From an uncultured bacterium (GTDB lineage Bacteria > Verrucomicrobiota > Verrucomicrobiia > Limisphaerales > UBA8199): 64,000 nt of DNA. The first letter of the stretch is position 1. Every line of letters starts with the position of its first letter. The notes beneath the pieces were generated by a model, which was not told the origin of the DNA, did no database searches, and saw only the letters and a list, made by a program, of their open reading frames with translations. Location of the stretch: contig CAVVMW010000001.1 in NCBI GenBank assembly GCA_963749495.1, positions 288,001-352,000 on the forward strand, given 5' to 3'. A program made the position numbers and the translations under genes. Below, piece by piece: positions 38,926 through 48,385 of the stretch.

Positions 38926-38957
38926 CGGCCTCAATTTTAGCTTGCCGGTCAAGCATA

Positions 38958-38977
38958 GTCCAGTATATATACTGGAC
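38958..38977. promoter_or_regulatory. Perfect 20-bp palindrome between the divergent IS genes
   Basis: GTCCAGTATATATACTGGAC directly abuts the transposase ATG at 38978. Confidence 0.6.
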
Positions 38978-40444
38978 ATGCACACGCCCTTTTTCCCACC
39001 CTGGCGCTCTCGCCTGGCCCGCTTGGGTTCCCGCACCGCCCACGCCTGCCGCCAGGTCCGCGCCTATACCCTCTGCCAACTGGAAAAGTGCTTCTCCTCC
39101 TCGGTACCCCAGGAGTGCTTTCCCAAGGCCAAGGCCTCCGCCCACAAAAACTGCCGCGACCGCGACTACACCCGCTGGCGCACCTTCTGGTGCATGGTCT
39201 GGCAAGCCCTCAACCCCGACGCCTCCGGGCGCGAGGTCGTGCGCCAACTCCAGGCCCTCTTCCTCTTGGAAGACGGCCCCCAGATCTCCCCCGAGGACGG
39301 CGCCTACTGCCGCGCCAAGGCCCGCCTGCCGCTCAGGCAATTCCCCAAGGTTTTGGCCGCCACCGCCCGGGCCGCCGACAAGCAAGTCCCGGCCCTGACT
39401 CAACTCCAAGGCCGGCCCCTCAAGGCCGCCGACGGCTCGGCCCTCACGCTGGCCGACACGCGCAAAAACCGAAGGGCGTATCCCCCTCTGCAGTGCGCCG
39501 ACAAACCCAGCTTCCCCAAGATGCGCATCGTCGTGCTCTTTTCCATGCTCAGCGGCGCGATCCTGGCCATGGCCCAAGGCAGCTTGGCGCTCTCCGAACT
39601 GTCGTTGTTGACGCTGCTCAGCAGCCAATTGGTGGCCGGGGATATCCTGGTGGCAGACCGCGGCTTCGGTTTTTACGCGGTCCTCGCCTGGCTCAAGCAC
39701 CTTCTGAACGTGGACTTCATCGGGCGGTCCACGCGCCGGCTCGATGGGCGAAGGCGCCTCCGCCGCTTGGGCAGAAACGACTGGCTCTTCGTGTGGGGAA
39801 AACCCCAGCGCCGGGCTCCCTGGCTGACGCTGCTCCAATGGATTGGCTTGCCCAGCCAGTTGACGGTGCGCGTGGTCAAGGGCAGTTGCTATCAGAAAGG
39901 CTTCCGCGTACGCCAGGTCAAACTGGTGACCACGCTCTTGGACCCAGAACTCTACCCCGCCGAACAGATCCTCCGCGCTTACTTGCGGCGGTGGCGCCTG
40001 GAGATGTGCCTGGATGACCTGAAAACCACTCTGGAAATGGAGACCCTCCGCGGGCGCAGCCCGAACATGGTTCGCAAAGAGGCCTACACGCGCCTCATCG
40101 CCCACAATCTCATCCGTGGCACCATGGCTCAGGCCGCCACCGAACATGAGGTGCCCCTGGAGCGCATCAGCTTCAAAGGCTCGCTGGACGCAATCCGGCA
40201 CTTTACCCAGGCCATGGCCCAAGCCCGCTCCAAAAAGAAACGCCGCCAACTGTGGTCCGATCTGCTCGAAACGCTAGCCGCCGATTTGGTCCCCGAGCGG
40301 CCAAACCGACGCGAGCCGCGCGCCGTCAAACGCAAGAAAAACAAATACCCGCGGCTCAACGCACCCCGCCGCAGGTTCCGCGATCATCTCAAACGTCACA
40401 CGCGCCGCACCAGGGCCCGTTTGCGCAAGCTCGGTCTTATGTAA
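38978..40444 (+). CDS. IS4-family DDE transposase
   Basis: [31 protein letters not shown]...DLK (YREK), [12 protein letters not shown]. Confidence 0.95.
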   Translation: MHTPFFPPWRSRLARLGSRTAHACRQVRAYTLCQLEKCFSSSVPQECFPKAKASAHKNCRDRDYTRWRTFWCMVWQALNPDASGREVVRQLQALFLLEDGPQISPEDGAYCRAKARLPLRQFPKVLAATARAADKQVPALTQLQGRPLKAADGSALTLADTRKNRRAYPPLQCADKPSFPKMRIVVLFSMLSGAILAMAQGSLALSELSLLTLLSSQLVAGDILVADRGFGFYAVLAWLKHLLNVDFIGRSTRRLDGRRRLRRLGRNDWLFVWGKPQRRAPWLTLLQWIGLPSQLTVRVVKGSCYQKGFRVRQVKLVTTLLDPELYPAEQILRAYLRRWRLEMCLDDLKTTLEMETLRGRSPNMVRKEAYTRLIAHNLIRGTMAQAATEHEVPLERISFKGSLDAIRHFTQAMAQARSKKKRRQLWSDLLETLAADLVPERPNRREPRAVKRKKNKYPRLNAPRRRFRDHLKRHTRRTRARLRKLGLM

Positions 40445-41084
40445 GCGCCATTCACCTGACCGGGCGCGGCCAGGAACCGTTCGTCTTCGATTCGGATTGC
40501 CGCGAGGGGATCTGCGGGATGTGCTCGCTGGTCATCAACGGCATCCCCCATGGCGGCCAGCCCGGCACTGCCACCTGCCAGCTTCACATGCGCCATTTCA
40601 AGGACGGCCAGACCCTCACCATCGAACCCTGGCGGGCGCGGGCCTTCCCGATTATCAAGGACCTCGCCGCCGACCGCTCCGCCTTCGATCGAGTCATCCA
40701 GGCCGGCGGCTTCATCTCCGTCAACACCGGCGGCGCGCCCGACGGCAACGCCCTGCCCGTGTCCAAAGAGACGGCCGACCGCGCGATGGACGCCGCGGCG
40801 TGCATTGCCTGCGGCGCCTGCGTGGCCGTTTGCAAAAACGCCTCCGCCATGCTCTTCGTCGCCGCCAAAGTCTCCCACCTCAACCTCCTGCCCCAGGGCA
40901 AAGCCGAAAAGGACCGCCGCGTCCTCAACATGGTCCGCCAAATGGACGCCGAGGCCTTCGGCAATTGCACCGTCACCGGCTCCTGCGAGGCGGTTTGCCC
41001 CAAAGAAATCAGCCTCAACTTCATCGCCAAGATGAACCGCGACTACGGCGCTGCCATCCTCAAAGGCCGTTGACCGCCCGCGCC

Positions 41085-41181
41085 GGCAGAATCATAAGGC
41101 AAAATCATTGCTGGCAAAATCATAAGAAATGATTTTCCAAAAATGATTCTGCCAAAAATGATTCTGCAATATGATTCTGCG
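41085..41181. repeat. Inverted array of GGCA(G/A)AATCAT / ATGATTCTGC units downstream of sdhB
   Basis: Three forward and four reverse units; could form a terminator-like hairpin. Confidence 0.7.
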
Positions 41182-41251
41182 GAGCGCAGAAGCATCTCAA
41201 GTTAATATTGAATATCCTCCCTGCGTTTGAGAATATCCTCACTGACTCTGC

Positions 41252-42886
41252 ATGCACAACGGCCGGCCATTACGCGAAACCGCCCGGAGGGCCGGGGCGA
41301 CCGCCCTGCGCCACCCGTCCTCCGAGACTTCGCCATTCGTCATTCGTCATTCGTCATTCGTCATTCTCCTCCCTCGCCCCGTTTCCCTCGCCTGGCTGCT
41401 GCTCTGCCTGGCGGCTGCGCCCGTGCCTGGCCTCCGGGCCGCCGGCGCCCAATCGTCCCCTGCGCCGGGGCGCGCCCCGCGGCTCTTCCCGGATTACTCC
41501 GGCACCATCCTGCCGCCCAACATCGCCCCCCTCAATTTCAAGGTCCGTGAGCCTGGCGCCGCATACCGCGTCGAGATCTATTCCACCCGCGGCGAAAAGA
41601 TAGCCATTGCCAGCCGCGACCCGTCCATCCGCATCCCGGCCGGGAAATGGAAGGCCCTGTTGCGGGCCAACGTCGGCGAACCGCTCTATTTCGACGTTTC
41701 GGTCCGGGGCCGCGCCGGTCAGTGGACCCCGTTCCAGGTAACGACCAATTCCATCGCCCGCGAGGAGATCGACCGCACGCTGGTCTATCGTCTGCTCAAG
41801 CCGCTTTACGGCCTCTATCTCAATGTCGGCATCTATCAGCGCGACCTGGAGTCCTTCGACGAACGGCCTGTGCTTGAGAACTCCAGGATCGAACACAAGT
41901 GCCTCAATTGCCACACCCCGCTCAACCATCGCCCCGACACCTTCGCCTTCCACACCCGCTCCTCTGGAAAGACCCAGCCCATGCTCCTGGTCCTGTCCAA
42001 CCAGGTCGCCCGCGTGGATAAGACCATGGGTTACATCTCCTGGCACCCGAGCGGGCGCCTGCTGGCCTTCTCCGCCAACAAGCTCAACCTCTTCTATCAC
42101 ACCCGCGGCGGCGAGACGCGCGACGTCTTCGACGCCAACTCCAACCTGGGCATCTACCGCGTGGACTCGAACATTGTCGTGGTGCCCCCGGCGGTGGCGT
42201 TGCCCGACCGCAACGAGACCTGGCCCTCCTGGTCTCCGGACGGGCGCTTTCTCTACTATTGCAGCGCCCCGCGCCTGCCCGTCGAGCAGTTCCGCCAGGT
42301 CCGCTACGACCTCATGCGCATCAGCTACGACATCGAGCGCGACCAATGGGGCCAGCCGGAGATGCTCCTGCCCGCCCAGCAGAGCAACGGCAGCGCCGCC
42401 CAGCCCAGGGTCTCTCCCGATGGACGCTGGGTCCTGTTCGTCCTGGCCAAGTACGGCAACTTCCCCATCTACCAGCCCAACAGCGACCTCTTCGTCCTCG
42501 ACCTGGCCACCCGCCAGTGCGGGCGCCTGGGCATCAACAGCGACCAGGCCGACACCTGGCATTGCTGGTCCGCCAATGGCCGCTGGATCGTCTTCAGCAG
42601 CAAACGCCTCGACGGCCTCTTTGCCCGCCCCTTCTTCAGCTACGTTGATGACCAAGGCCGGTTCTATAAACCCTTCCTCCTCCCGCAAGCCGACCCGGCC
42701 TTTTACGACTCCTTCCCCAAGACCTTCAACGTGCCCGAACTGGTCCAGGGCCCGATTACCATCAAGGAACGCGACCTGGCCCAGGCCGTCCTCAAGCCCC
42801 TCAAAATACTCGCCCCCAAAGGCGACACCCGGCCCCCCGCAGCGACGCCGGGCGCTGCCGAGGCGCCGGATGCCTATAAGCAGTAA
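41252..42886 (+). CDS. Secreted TolB-like (PD40 repeat) beta-propeller protein with a CxxCH motif
   Basis: LFPDYSG..PPNIAPLNF, YRLLKP, CLNCH, SWHPSG, ETWPSWSPDG, PRVSPDG, WSANGRWIVFSSKR, KPFLLPQ.DP; start uncertain. Confidence 0.85.
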   Translation: MHNGRPLRETARRAGATALRHPSSETSPFVIRHSSFVILLPRPVSLAWLLLCLAAAPVPGLRAAGAQSSPAPGRAPRLFPDYSGTILPPNIAPLNFKVREPGAAYRVEIYSTRGEKIAIASRDPSIRIPAGKWKALLRANVGEPLYFDVSVRGRAGQWTPFQVTTNSIAREEIDRTLVYRLLKPLYGLYLNVGIYQRDLESFDERPVLENSRIEHKCLNCHTPLNHRPDTFAFHTRSSGKTQPMLLVLSNQVARVDKTMGYISWHPSGRLLAFSANKLNLFYHTRGGETRDVFDANSNLGIYRVDSNIVVVPPAVALPDRNETWPSWSPDGRFLYYCSAPRLPVEQFRQVRYDLMRISYDIERDQWGQPEMLLPAQQSNGSAAQPRVSPDGRWVLFVLAKYGNFPIYQPNSDLFVLDLATRQCGRLGINSDQADTWHCWSANGRWIVFSSKRLDGLFARPFFSYVDDQGRFYKPFLLPQADPAFYDSFPKTFNVPELVQGPITIKERDLAQAVLKPLKILAPKGDTRPPAATPGAAEAPDAYKQ

Positions 42887-43019
42887 GGCTAAAGGCTAAA
42901 GGCTAAAGGCTAAAGGCCGGAACGGAGTTTTGTGCAGGACCGTGCCCTGTCCCTTTTGTCGCTTATGTCCCTTATGTCCCTTCCTGCCTTTAGCCTTTAG
43001 CCTTTAGCCTTTAGCCTTT
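42884..43019. repeat. Inverted heptamer tracts (AAAGGCT)n...(AGCCTTT)n enclosing TGTCCCTTA 9-mers
   Basis: Visible; forms a ~30-bp stem right after the stop codon. Confidence 0.85.
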
Positions 43020-43024
43020 TATGA

Positions 43025-43053
43025 TTGACACCGCCCTCCGCAGTAGATATTCT
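43025..43053 (+). promoter_or_regulatory. Sigma70-type promoter
   Basis: TTGACA-N17-TATTCT, 7 nt before ATG 43061. Confidence 0.55.
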
Positions 43054-43060
43054 CCCGGGC

Positions 43061-43906
43061 ATGGGGTCTCACAAAAGTCGTTTCTGCTCTGCCTCTTTTT
43101 TGCGAGCCTCCGGGAGCCGCAACCACGCCGGAGAGAGACTCGCACTCGCTGCCTTAGCAGCCGTCGCCCTGGCCTCAGCCGCGCTCGGCCAGGGCGCCAT
43201 CGACCTCGACAACAGCCAATGCGCCGGGGGGCTGACCATTGATTGCCAAGGGAATTACTACAGCGGCATCTACGGTGTCGAGATATGGGAACTGAATGCC
43301 ACCGCCGTGCCAACCAACCTTCCGGCCAGCGGATTCGCATTTGACCAGTACAACGCCCTGGCCGCCTTGGGTTTCAAGTTGGAAGCGACCTTCTCGAACC
43401 GGAACAACCCGCTGTTCCCTGGCTCGATTATCCTGGGCGAAGTAGATATGCCGGATGTGTCCCTGCCGGGCGCCACCGTGGTCCTGGCGCTCGCCGCTTG
43501 GAACACATCAGCCGCGAGCTGGAATGCGATGTTGACATCTAGTGACGCGAATACGAGGGCAGGCGTCGTTGTATTTGTGAATCGAACAAGCAACTACACC
43601 CTGTCGCCGGTTCCACCTCCCCCTCTGCTCACCGGTTGGACCACTGACCTGGTGCTGGGATTCGGGCAGGGCCCCTACGGCCCCTGCATCAGTGACAATA
43701 AGCTGAGCATCACGGCGACCAACGGAACCGTTACCCTGCACTGGATCGACATGGCCTATACCTCCTACTCCCTCCTAACCGCCACCAACCTTCTGGGCCC
43801 GTGGAGCTGGGTCCACTCCTTCATGCACGGTACGCCGGACACCAATTTCACCTACGTCGCCCCCGCTTCCGACCGAGTCCGATTCTATCGAGTGACCCCT
43901 CCGTGA
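43061..43906 (+). CDS. Secreted hypothetical protein with C-terminal FYRV module
   Basis: Signal LAALAAVALASAALG-QG; C-terminus LSI..NGTVTLHW..YSL.TATNL..PW...RFYRV. Confidence 0.75.
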   Translation: MGSHKSRFCSASFLRASGSRNHAGERLALAALAAVALASAALGQGAIDLDNSQCAGGLTIDCQGNYYSGIYGVEIWELNATAVPTNLPASGFAFDQYNALAALGFKLEATFSNRNNPLFPGSIILGEVDMPDVSLPGATVVLALAAWNTSAASWNAMLTSSDANTRAGVVVFVNRTSNYTLSPVPPPPLLTGWTTDLVLGFGQGPYGPCISDNKLSITATNGTVTLHWIDMAYTSYSLLTATNLLGPWSWVHSFMHGTPDTNFTYVAPASDRVRFYRVTPP

Positions 43907-43921
43907 ACCCAAGCCCGAAGC

Positions 43922-43963
43922 TTTTGGACTGCGCCCACGATGCATCGTGGGCGCAGTCCAAAA
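43922..43963. repeat. Collapsed family-B palindrome (perfect hairpin), possible terminator
   Basis: TTTTGGACTGCGCCCACGATGCATCGTGGGCGCAGTCCAAAA. Confidence 0.75.
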
Positions 43964-44141
43964 CGCTTCACGGCAGGTGACACCCGTCCGGTTCACGTCG
44001 CGGAAAAACGGCAGGATCGAGTGGGAAGCAGAAAGACGGCCTGGCAGAAAAATGGGGGTCTTCCATTTTTCTGCCATTTCATTTTTCTGCCGGAGGCTAC
44101 TGCGGCATATCGCGACATTGCTCCCCCGGCTGCGGCGAGAT

Positions 44142-44252
44142 CGGAGTGCGCCCGTCCTCGGGCGCAGCAACGTCCGCAGCCAGGGCAGCGGTCAAGTACT
44201 CCGGCGCGCCTGCCCGCTCCGCCGCTACCGCGCCCGGGCACGGGCGCACTCC
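44142..44252. repeat. CGGAGTGCGCCCGT palindromic element
   Basis: CGGAGTGCGCCCGTCCTCGGGCGC ... GCGCCCGGGCACGGGCGCACTCCG. Confidence 0.7.
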
Positions 44253-44328
44253 GGGGGCAGTGTCGGAAATGCCTGGCGCTACTGCGGCTTGAGTCTGGGG
44301 AGGGAATGGACTAGGTTGGACGCATCAT

Positions 44329-46962
44329 TTGACTGGCGCAGCTACAATCAGACGCAGGCTCAACGGGGCGTGGCACTGGCGATTGCGATTGACCGGCGGG
44401 CTGGTCTGTCTGGCCTTGGCCCTGGCGGCGGGCGGCGGGGCAGCGGCGGGGGCGGACTTGAAGGAGGCGCAGAAGCGGCTGGTCTCGGGCGATTACACCG
44501 GGTGTCTGGCGCTGGTCAAGGCGGCGCGGCCGGACTCGACAGACCTCGCGGATTGGGAGATGCTCCGGTGCAGGGCGCTGCTGGCCACCGGCCATTACAA
44601 GGAAGCGCGCGATGCCATCACCAATGCCCTGCCGCAGGACTGGTCGAATATCCAGTTGTGCTGGCAGGCGCGCGAGGCCCTGCTGGCCAACGGGCAGACT
44701 GCCGCCGCGGCCCAAACGGTCGAGGACATCCTCCGGATGGTCTCGCGCCATCCCCGGGATTACGGGGACGCAGCGAGCCTGGTCGTCTTTGGGCAGGCGG
44801 TGCTGCTCAAGGGCGCCGATCCAAAGCGCGTGCTCAACACCCTGTTCACCGCGGCCAAACAGGCGGAGCCGGGTTTGCGGGAGATCTATCTGGCGACCGG
44901 GGGTTTGGGCCTGGAGAAACACGACTTTGCCCTGGCGGCCAAGGAATTCGAGCAGGGGCTCAAGCGGCTGCCGGATGACCCGGACCTCTGCTGCGGCCTG
45001 GCGCGGGCCTATGCCCCGAGCGACCCGGCGCTGGTGGTTTCCTGGCTCGAAAACGCCCTGCGGTGCAACAGCAACCATGTGGCCAGCCTGCTGCTGCTGG
45101 CCGATCGCTGCGTCGATGCGGAGGACTACCCGGAGGCGGAGCGGTTGCTGGACCGGGCGCAGGCGGTGAACCCGTGGCAGCCGGAGGCCTGGGCCTGCCG
45201 CGCGGTGCTGGCCCATTTGCGCAACCAGCCTGCGGCCGAGGCAGCGGCGCGGACCAACGCCCTCAAGTTCTGGCCCACAAACCCCCGGGTCGAGCATTTG
45301 ATCGGGCTGAAGCTTTCCCAAAACTACCAGTTCGCCGAAGGGGCGGCGCACCAACGCCAGGCCAGGCAGTTCGACCCGGACTACCTGCCGGCCAAGGCCC
45401 AACTCGCGCAGGACCTCCTGCGGTTGGGCCAGGAGGCCGAGGGCTGGAAACTGGCGCAGGAGGTGCAACGCCAGGACGGATACGACGTGGCGGCCTACAA
45501 CCTGGCGACCCTCCACGACACGCTCGACAAGTTCGTCACGCTCACCAACCGCGATTTGGCCCTGCGCATGAGCCGACACGAGGCCGAGGTCTATGGAGCG
45601 CAGGCGCTCGACTTGCTTGAACGGGCCAGGACCAGTCTCTGCGCCAAATACGGGCTCGAATTGAAGCCGCCGACCCTCGTCGAAATCTTCCCCGACCAAA
45701 AGGATTTCGCCGTGCGGACCTTTGGAATGCCTGGCGATCCCGGCTACCTGGGCGTCTGCTTCGGCAACGTCATCACCGCCAACAGCCCGGCGACCCATCC
45801 CGGCCATCCGTGGAACTGGGAATCGATGCTCTGGCACGAGTTCTGCCACGTGATCACGCTGCACCTGACGCGCAACCGGATGCCGCGCTGGCTCAGCGAG
45901 GGCATCTCCGTTTATGAGGAGGGCCGGGCCAACCCCGCCTGGGGGCAGCGCATGAACCCGCGCTATCGCCAGATGGTGCTCGGGGGCGAGTTGACCCCGG
46001 TCTCCAAGCTCAGCGCCGCCTTCCTCTCGCCCCGCTCCGCCCTGCACCTGCAGTTTGCCTACTACGAATCTTCTCTGGTGGTCGAGTTCATTGTCGAACG
46101 CTTCGGCCACGCCCAGCTCAGGGCGATTTTGCGGGACCTGGCCGACGGCGCTCAAATCAACGAGGCCCTCGAAGAGGAGACCGCCCCGATGGACGAATTG
46201 GACGAGGACTTCGCCGAGTTTGCGCGCGGGCGCGCGCAGCAACTGGCACCCGGCCTGGACTGGACCCGGCCGCAGCCGGAGGCCGGGACCGCCGCCGAAC
46301 GGCTCTCCGAGTTGCTCGGAGGAATGGACCTGACCGCCTCGACGCCCGTGAGCGCGACCAACGCGCCCCGGGATTCACTCAGCAGCACTAACTTCTATGC
46401 GCTGGTCGAGCAGGCCGGCCGTCTGGTTCGGGAGAAGCGATTTGCGCAGGCCAAGGCGCCGCTGCGGAAGTTGCTCGAGCTCTACCCGGGGCAGACCGGC
46501 GCCGAGAGCGCCGCCGCCATGCTGGGGGAGGTCCATCGCACCCTGGGCGAAACCAACGCCGAGCGCCAGGTCCTGAGCCGGTTGGCAGAAAACGACAACG
46601 AGGCGATCCAGACCTACCTGCGGCTGATGGAACTGGGCGCCGGCGCCCAGGACTGGGAGGCGGTCAAGCTCAATGCCGGGCGGTATTCGGCGGTGGACCC
46701 GCTGGTCGCGCCGCCCTACCGGTTGCTGGCCCAGGCGGCCGAACAGACCGGGGACGCCCCCACCGCCATCCGGGCCTATCGGACCTTGCTGCTGCTCGAT
46801 CCTCTGGACCCAGCCGACGCGCATTTCCACCTGGCGGTCTTGCTCCACCGCGCGGGCGATTCGGAGGCGCGCCTGCACCTGCTCCAGGCCCTGGAGGAGG
46901 CCCCGCGCCATCGCGCCGCGCTCCGGTTGCTGCTGGAGATGGAGGGCAAGCCGGGAACGTGA
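44329..46962 (+). CDS. Secreted TPR-repeat protein with a gluzincin (peptidase MA-like) domain
   Basis: Signal peptide, helical TPR-like repeats, HEFCH..PRWLSEG..YEE..AY.ES. Confidence 0.85.
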   Translation: MTGAATIRRRLNGAWHWRLRLTGGLVCLALALAAGGGAAAGADLKEAQKRLVSGDYTGCLALVKAARPDSTDLADWEMLRCRALLATGHYKEARDAITNALPQDWSNIQLCWQAREALLANGQTAAAAQTVEDILRMVSRHPRDYGDAASLVVFGQAVLLKGADPKRVLNTLFTAAKQAEPGLREIYLATGGLGLEKHDFALAAKEFEQGLKRLPDDPDLCCGLARAYAPSDPALVVSWLENALRCNSNHVASLLLLADRCVDAEDYPEAERLLDRAQAVNPWQPEAWACRAVLAHLRNQPAAEAAARTNALKFWPTNPRVEHLIGLKLSQNYQFAEGAAHQRQARQFDPDYLPAKAQLAQDLLRLGQEAEGWKLAQEVQRQDGYDVAAYNLATLHDTLDKFVTLTNRDLALRMSRHEAEVYGAQALDLLERARTSLCAKYGLELKPPTLVEIFPDQKDFAVRTFGMPGDPGYLGVCFGNVITANSPATHPGHPWNWESMLWHEFCHVITLHLTRNRMPRWLSEGISVYEEGRANPAWGQRMNPRYRQMVLGGELTPVSKLSAAFLSPRSALHLQFAYYESSLVVEFIVERFGHAQLRAILRDLADGAQINEALEEETAPMDELDEDFAEFARGRAQQLAPGLDWTRPQPEAGTAAERLSELLGGMDLTASTPVSATNAPRDSLSSTNFYALVEQAGRLVREKRFAQAKAPLRKLLELYPGQTGAESAAAMLGEVHRTLGETNAERQVLSRLAENDNEAIQTYLRLMELGAGAQDWEAVKLNAGRYSAVDPLVAPPYRLLAQAAEQTGDAPTAIRAYRTLLLLDPLDPADAHFHLAVLLHRAGDSEARLHLLQALEEAPRHRAALRLLLEMEGKPGT

Positions 46963-46982
46963 AGGAGAGGTAACGTCATCAA

Positions 46983-48101
46983 ATGAGCACGAACGTTAGA
47001 AGGGCGGCATGCGAGGACGCGAAGCGTTTTGGACTGCGCCAGTCCTCTGGCGCTTTTTGGACTCTGGGGACGAGAAAGCGCCAGAGGACTGGCGCAGTCC
47101 AAAACCTTGCGGCTTGGAGGCAACTCTGGGTGAAATGGGGCAGGCGCTGCGGTGTCCTGCTCGTGCTCGCGCTGGCCCTGGGCGTCTGCACGGCCCAATG
47201 GCGCCGGGGGCGGCGGAATCCGGGCGGGGGCGACACGGGCATGGTCTTCACCGAAGGCCATGTGCCGGTGAACGCGGACACGGTGCGCACGGCGCGCGAG
47301 ATAGCCTCCCACAGCACCGGCACGCCCACCTGGACCAATGAGCCGGGTTTCGAGAAGGACGTCTTCACCTTCGTCCGCGTCATTTACCGCCGCGCCCCGG
47401 ATAGCCCGGAACTCTCGGTCACCTCCAGCGGCATAGGCTGGATCACCGACTTTCCCGACAGCGATCTCAACCTCTCGTTCCGCGTGCAGCAGGTCACTTC
47501 GATCCGGACCAATCCGGAGGGACGCGTCCTGCGCCTGACCGACCCGGCCCTGTTCGATTACCCCTGGATCTACATGGTCGAGGTGGGCGGCCTGCAGTTG
47601 AAACCGGTCGAGATCCCCATCCTCCGCAAATACCTCCTCAACGGCGGCGTCCTCATGGCCGACGATTTCTGGGGCCAAAAACAGTGGGACAACTTCGAGC
47701 GCAACATCAAAAAAGTCCTCCCGGAGCGCGAGTTTGCCGAACTGCCGATGGACCACAAGCTCTTTCACTGCGTCTTCGACATCAAATGCACGAAGAACCA
47801 GCTCCAAACGCCCAACAGCCGCCAGGCCACCCAGAGCCTGGACCCGAACCACGACAACTATGGGATCACCTGGGAGTATTACCACGACGATTACGAGCCC
47901 GGGGGCCAGGCCGCCCACGACATGCACGTGCGCGCCATCACCGATGACAAAGGCCGCATCATGGTCATCGCCACCCACAACTGCGACAACGGGGACAGTT
48001 GGGAGCGCGAAGGAGAGGACGACGGCTTCTTCCACGAGTTCTCCGAAAAACGCGGCTATCCGCTGGGGATCAACATCATCTTTTATTTGATGACGCATTG
48101 A
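46983..48101 (+). CDS. DUF4159 domain protein
   Basis: FTFVRV.Y, W.TDFPDSD.N, LFDYPWIYMVEVG, LRKYLLNGG.LMADDFWG, N.D.GD.WE, GINIIFY; true start may be downstream of the repeat. Confidence 0.88.
   Translation: MSTNVRRAACEDAKRFGLRQSSGAFWTLGTRKRQRTGAVQNLAAWRQLWVKWGRRCGVLLVLALALGVCTAQWRRGRRNPGGGDTGMVFTEGHVPVNADTVRTAREIASHSTGTPTWTNEPGFEKDVFTFVRVIYRRAPDSPELSVTSSGIGWITDFPDSDLNLSFRVQQVTSIRTNPEGRVLRLTDPALFDYPWIYMVEVGGLQLKPVEIPILRKYLLNGGVLMADDFWGQKQWDNFERNIKKVLPEREFAELPMDHKLFHCVFDIKCTKNQLQTPNSRQATQSLDPNHDNYGITWEYYHDDYEPGGQAAHDMHVRAITDDKGRIMVIATHNCDNGDSWEREGEDDGFFHEFSEKRGYPLGINIIFYLMTH
47026..47105. repeat. Palindromic family B copy
   Basis: GTTTTGGACTGCGCCAGTCCTCTGGCGCTTT...AAAGCGCCAGAGGACTGGCGCAGTCCAAAAC. 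Confidence 0.88.
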
Positions 48102-48159
48102 ACGTGAAATTCGAAATTCGTAACCCGTCATTGCAGGCGGAGGCGGAGTCCCGCGGCGA

Positions 48160-48307
48160 ACCCCTCACCCCAACCCTCTCCCCATCGGATGGGGAGAGGG
48201 AGAATGCTCCATTGCGGCTCGAGCAAGCAGAGACGCCTGGAAGTTCAAGAGACTGCCGACGCGTCTCCCTCTCCCCTTCGGAAGGGGAGAGGGTTGGGGT
48301 GAGGGGT
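48160..48307. repeat. CCCCTCACCCC..CCCTCTCCCC REP-like inverted doublet
   Basis: CCCCTCACCCCAACCCTCTCCCC..GGGGAGAGGG and the inverse ..GGGGAGAGGGTTGGGGTGAGGGG. Confidence 0.85.
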
Positions 48308-48385
48308 CTGCCTGTGGTGCCGCTCCCGCCTTCACTGAGGCCGTACCCAAATTCGGATTTTGTCCTTCCATAATAGACTCTCTCC

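Larger units (their letters stand above)
38566..40453 (+). mobile_element. Complete IS4-family insertion sequence, 1,888 bp
   Basis: TIR GAATGGCACTTAC / GTAAGCGCCATTC (12 of 13 match); 11-bp TSD ACCTGACCGGG at 38555-38565 and 40454-40464. Confidence 0.95.
38428..41073 (+). pseudogene. sdhB: Succinate dehydrogenase iron-sulfur subunit interrupted by an IS4-family element
   Basis: 5' part [28 protein letters not shown] (38428-38565); 3' part [32 protein letters not shown]...GSCEAVCP (40465-41073); the parts rejoin in frame without the IS and one TSD. Confidence 0.95.

Noticed and set aside
38566..40453. IStron or self-splicing intron restoring sdhB
   Set aside because: The element is fully occupied by two ORFs, no group I/II intron core was seen, and the 11-bp TSD would shift the frame
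40252..40464. ORF-track N-terminus for SdhB starting inside the IS
   Set aside because: Alternative frame of the transposase 3' end; the real sdhB start is at 38428
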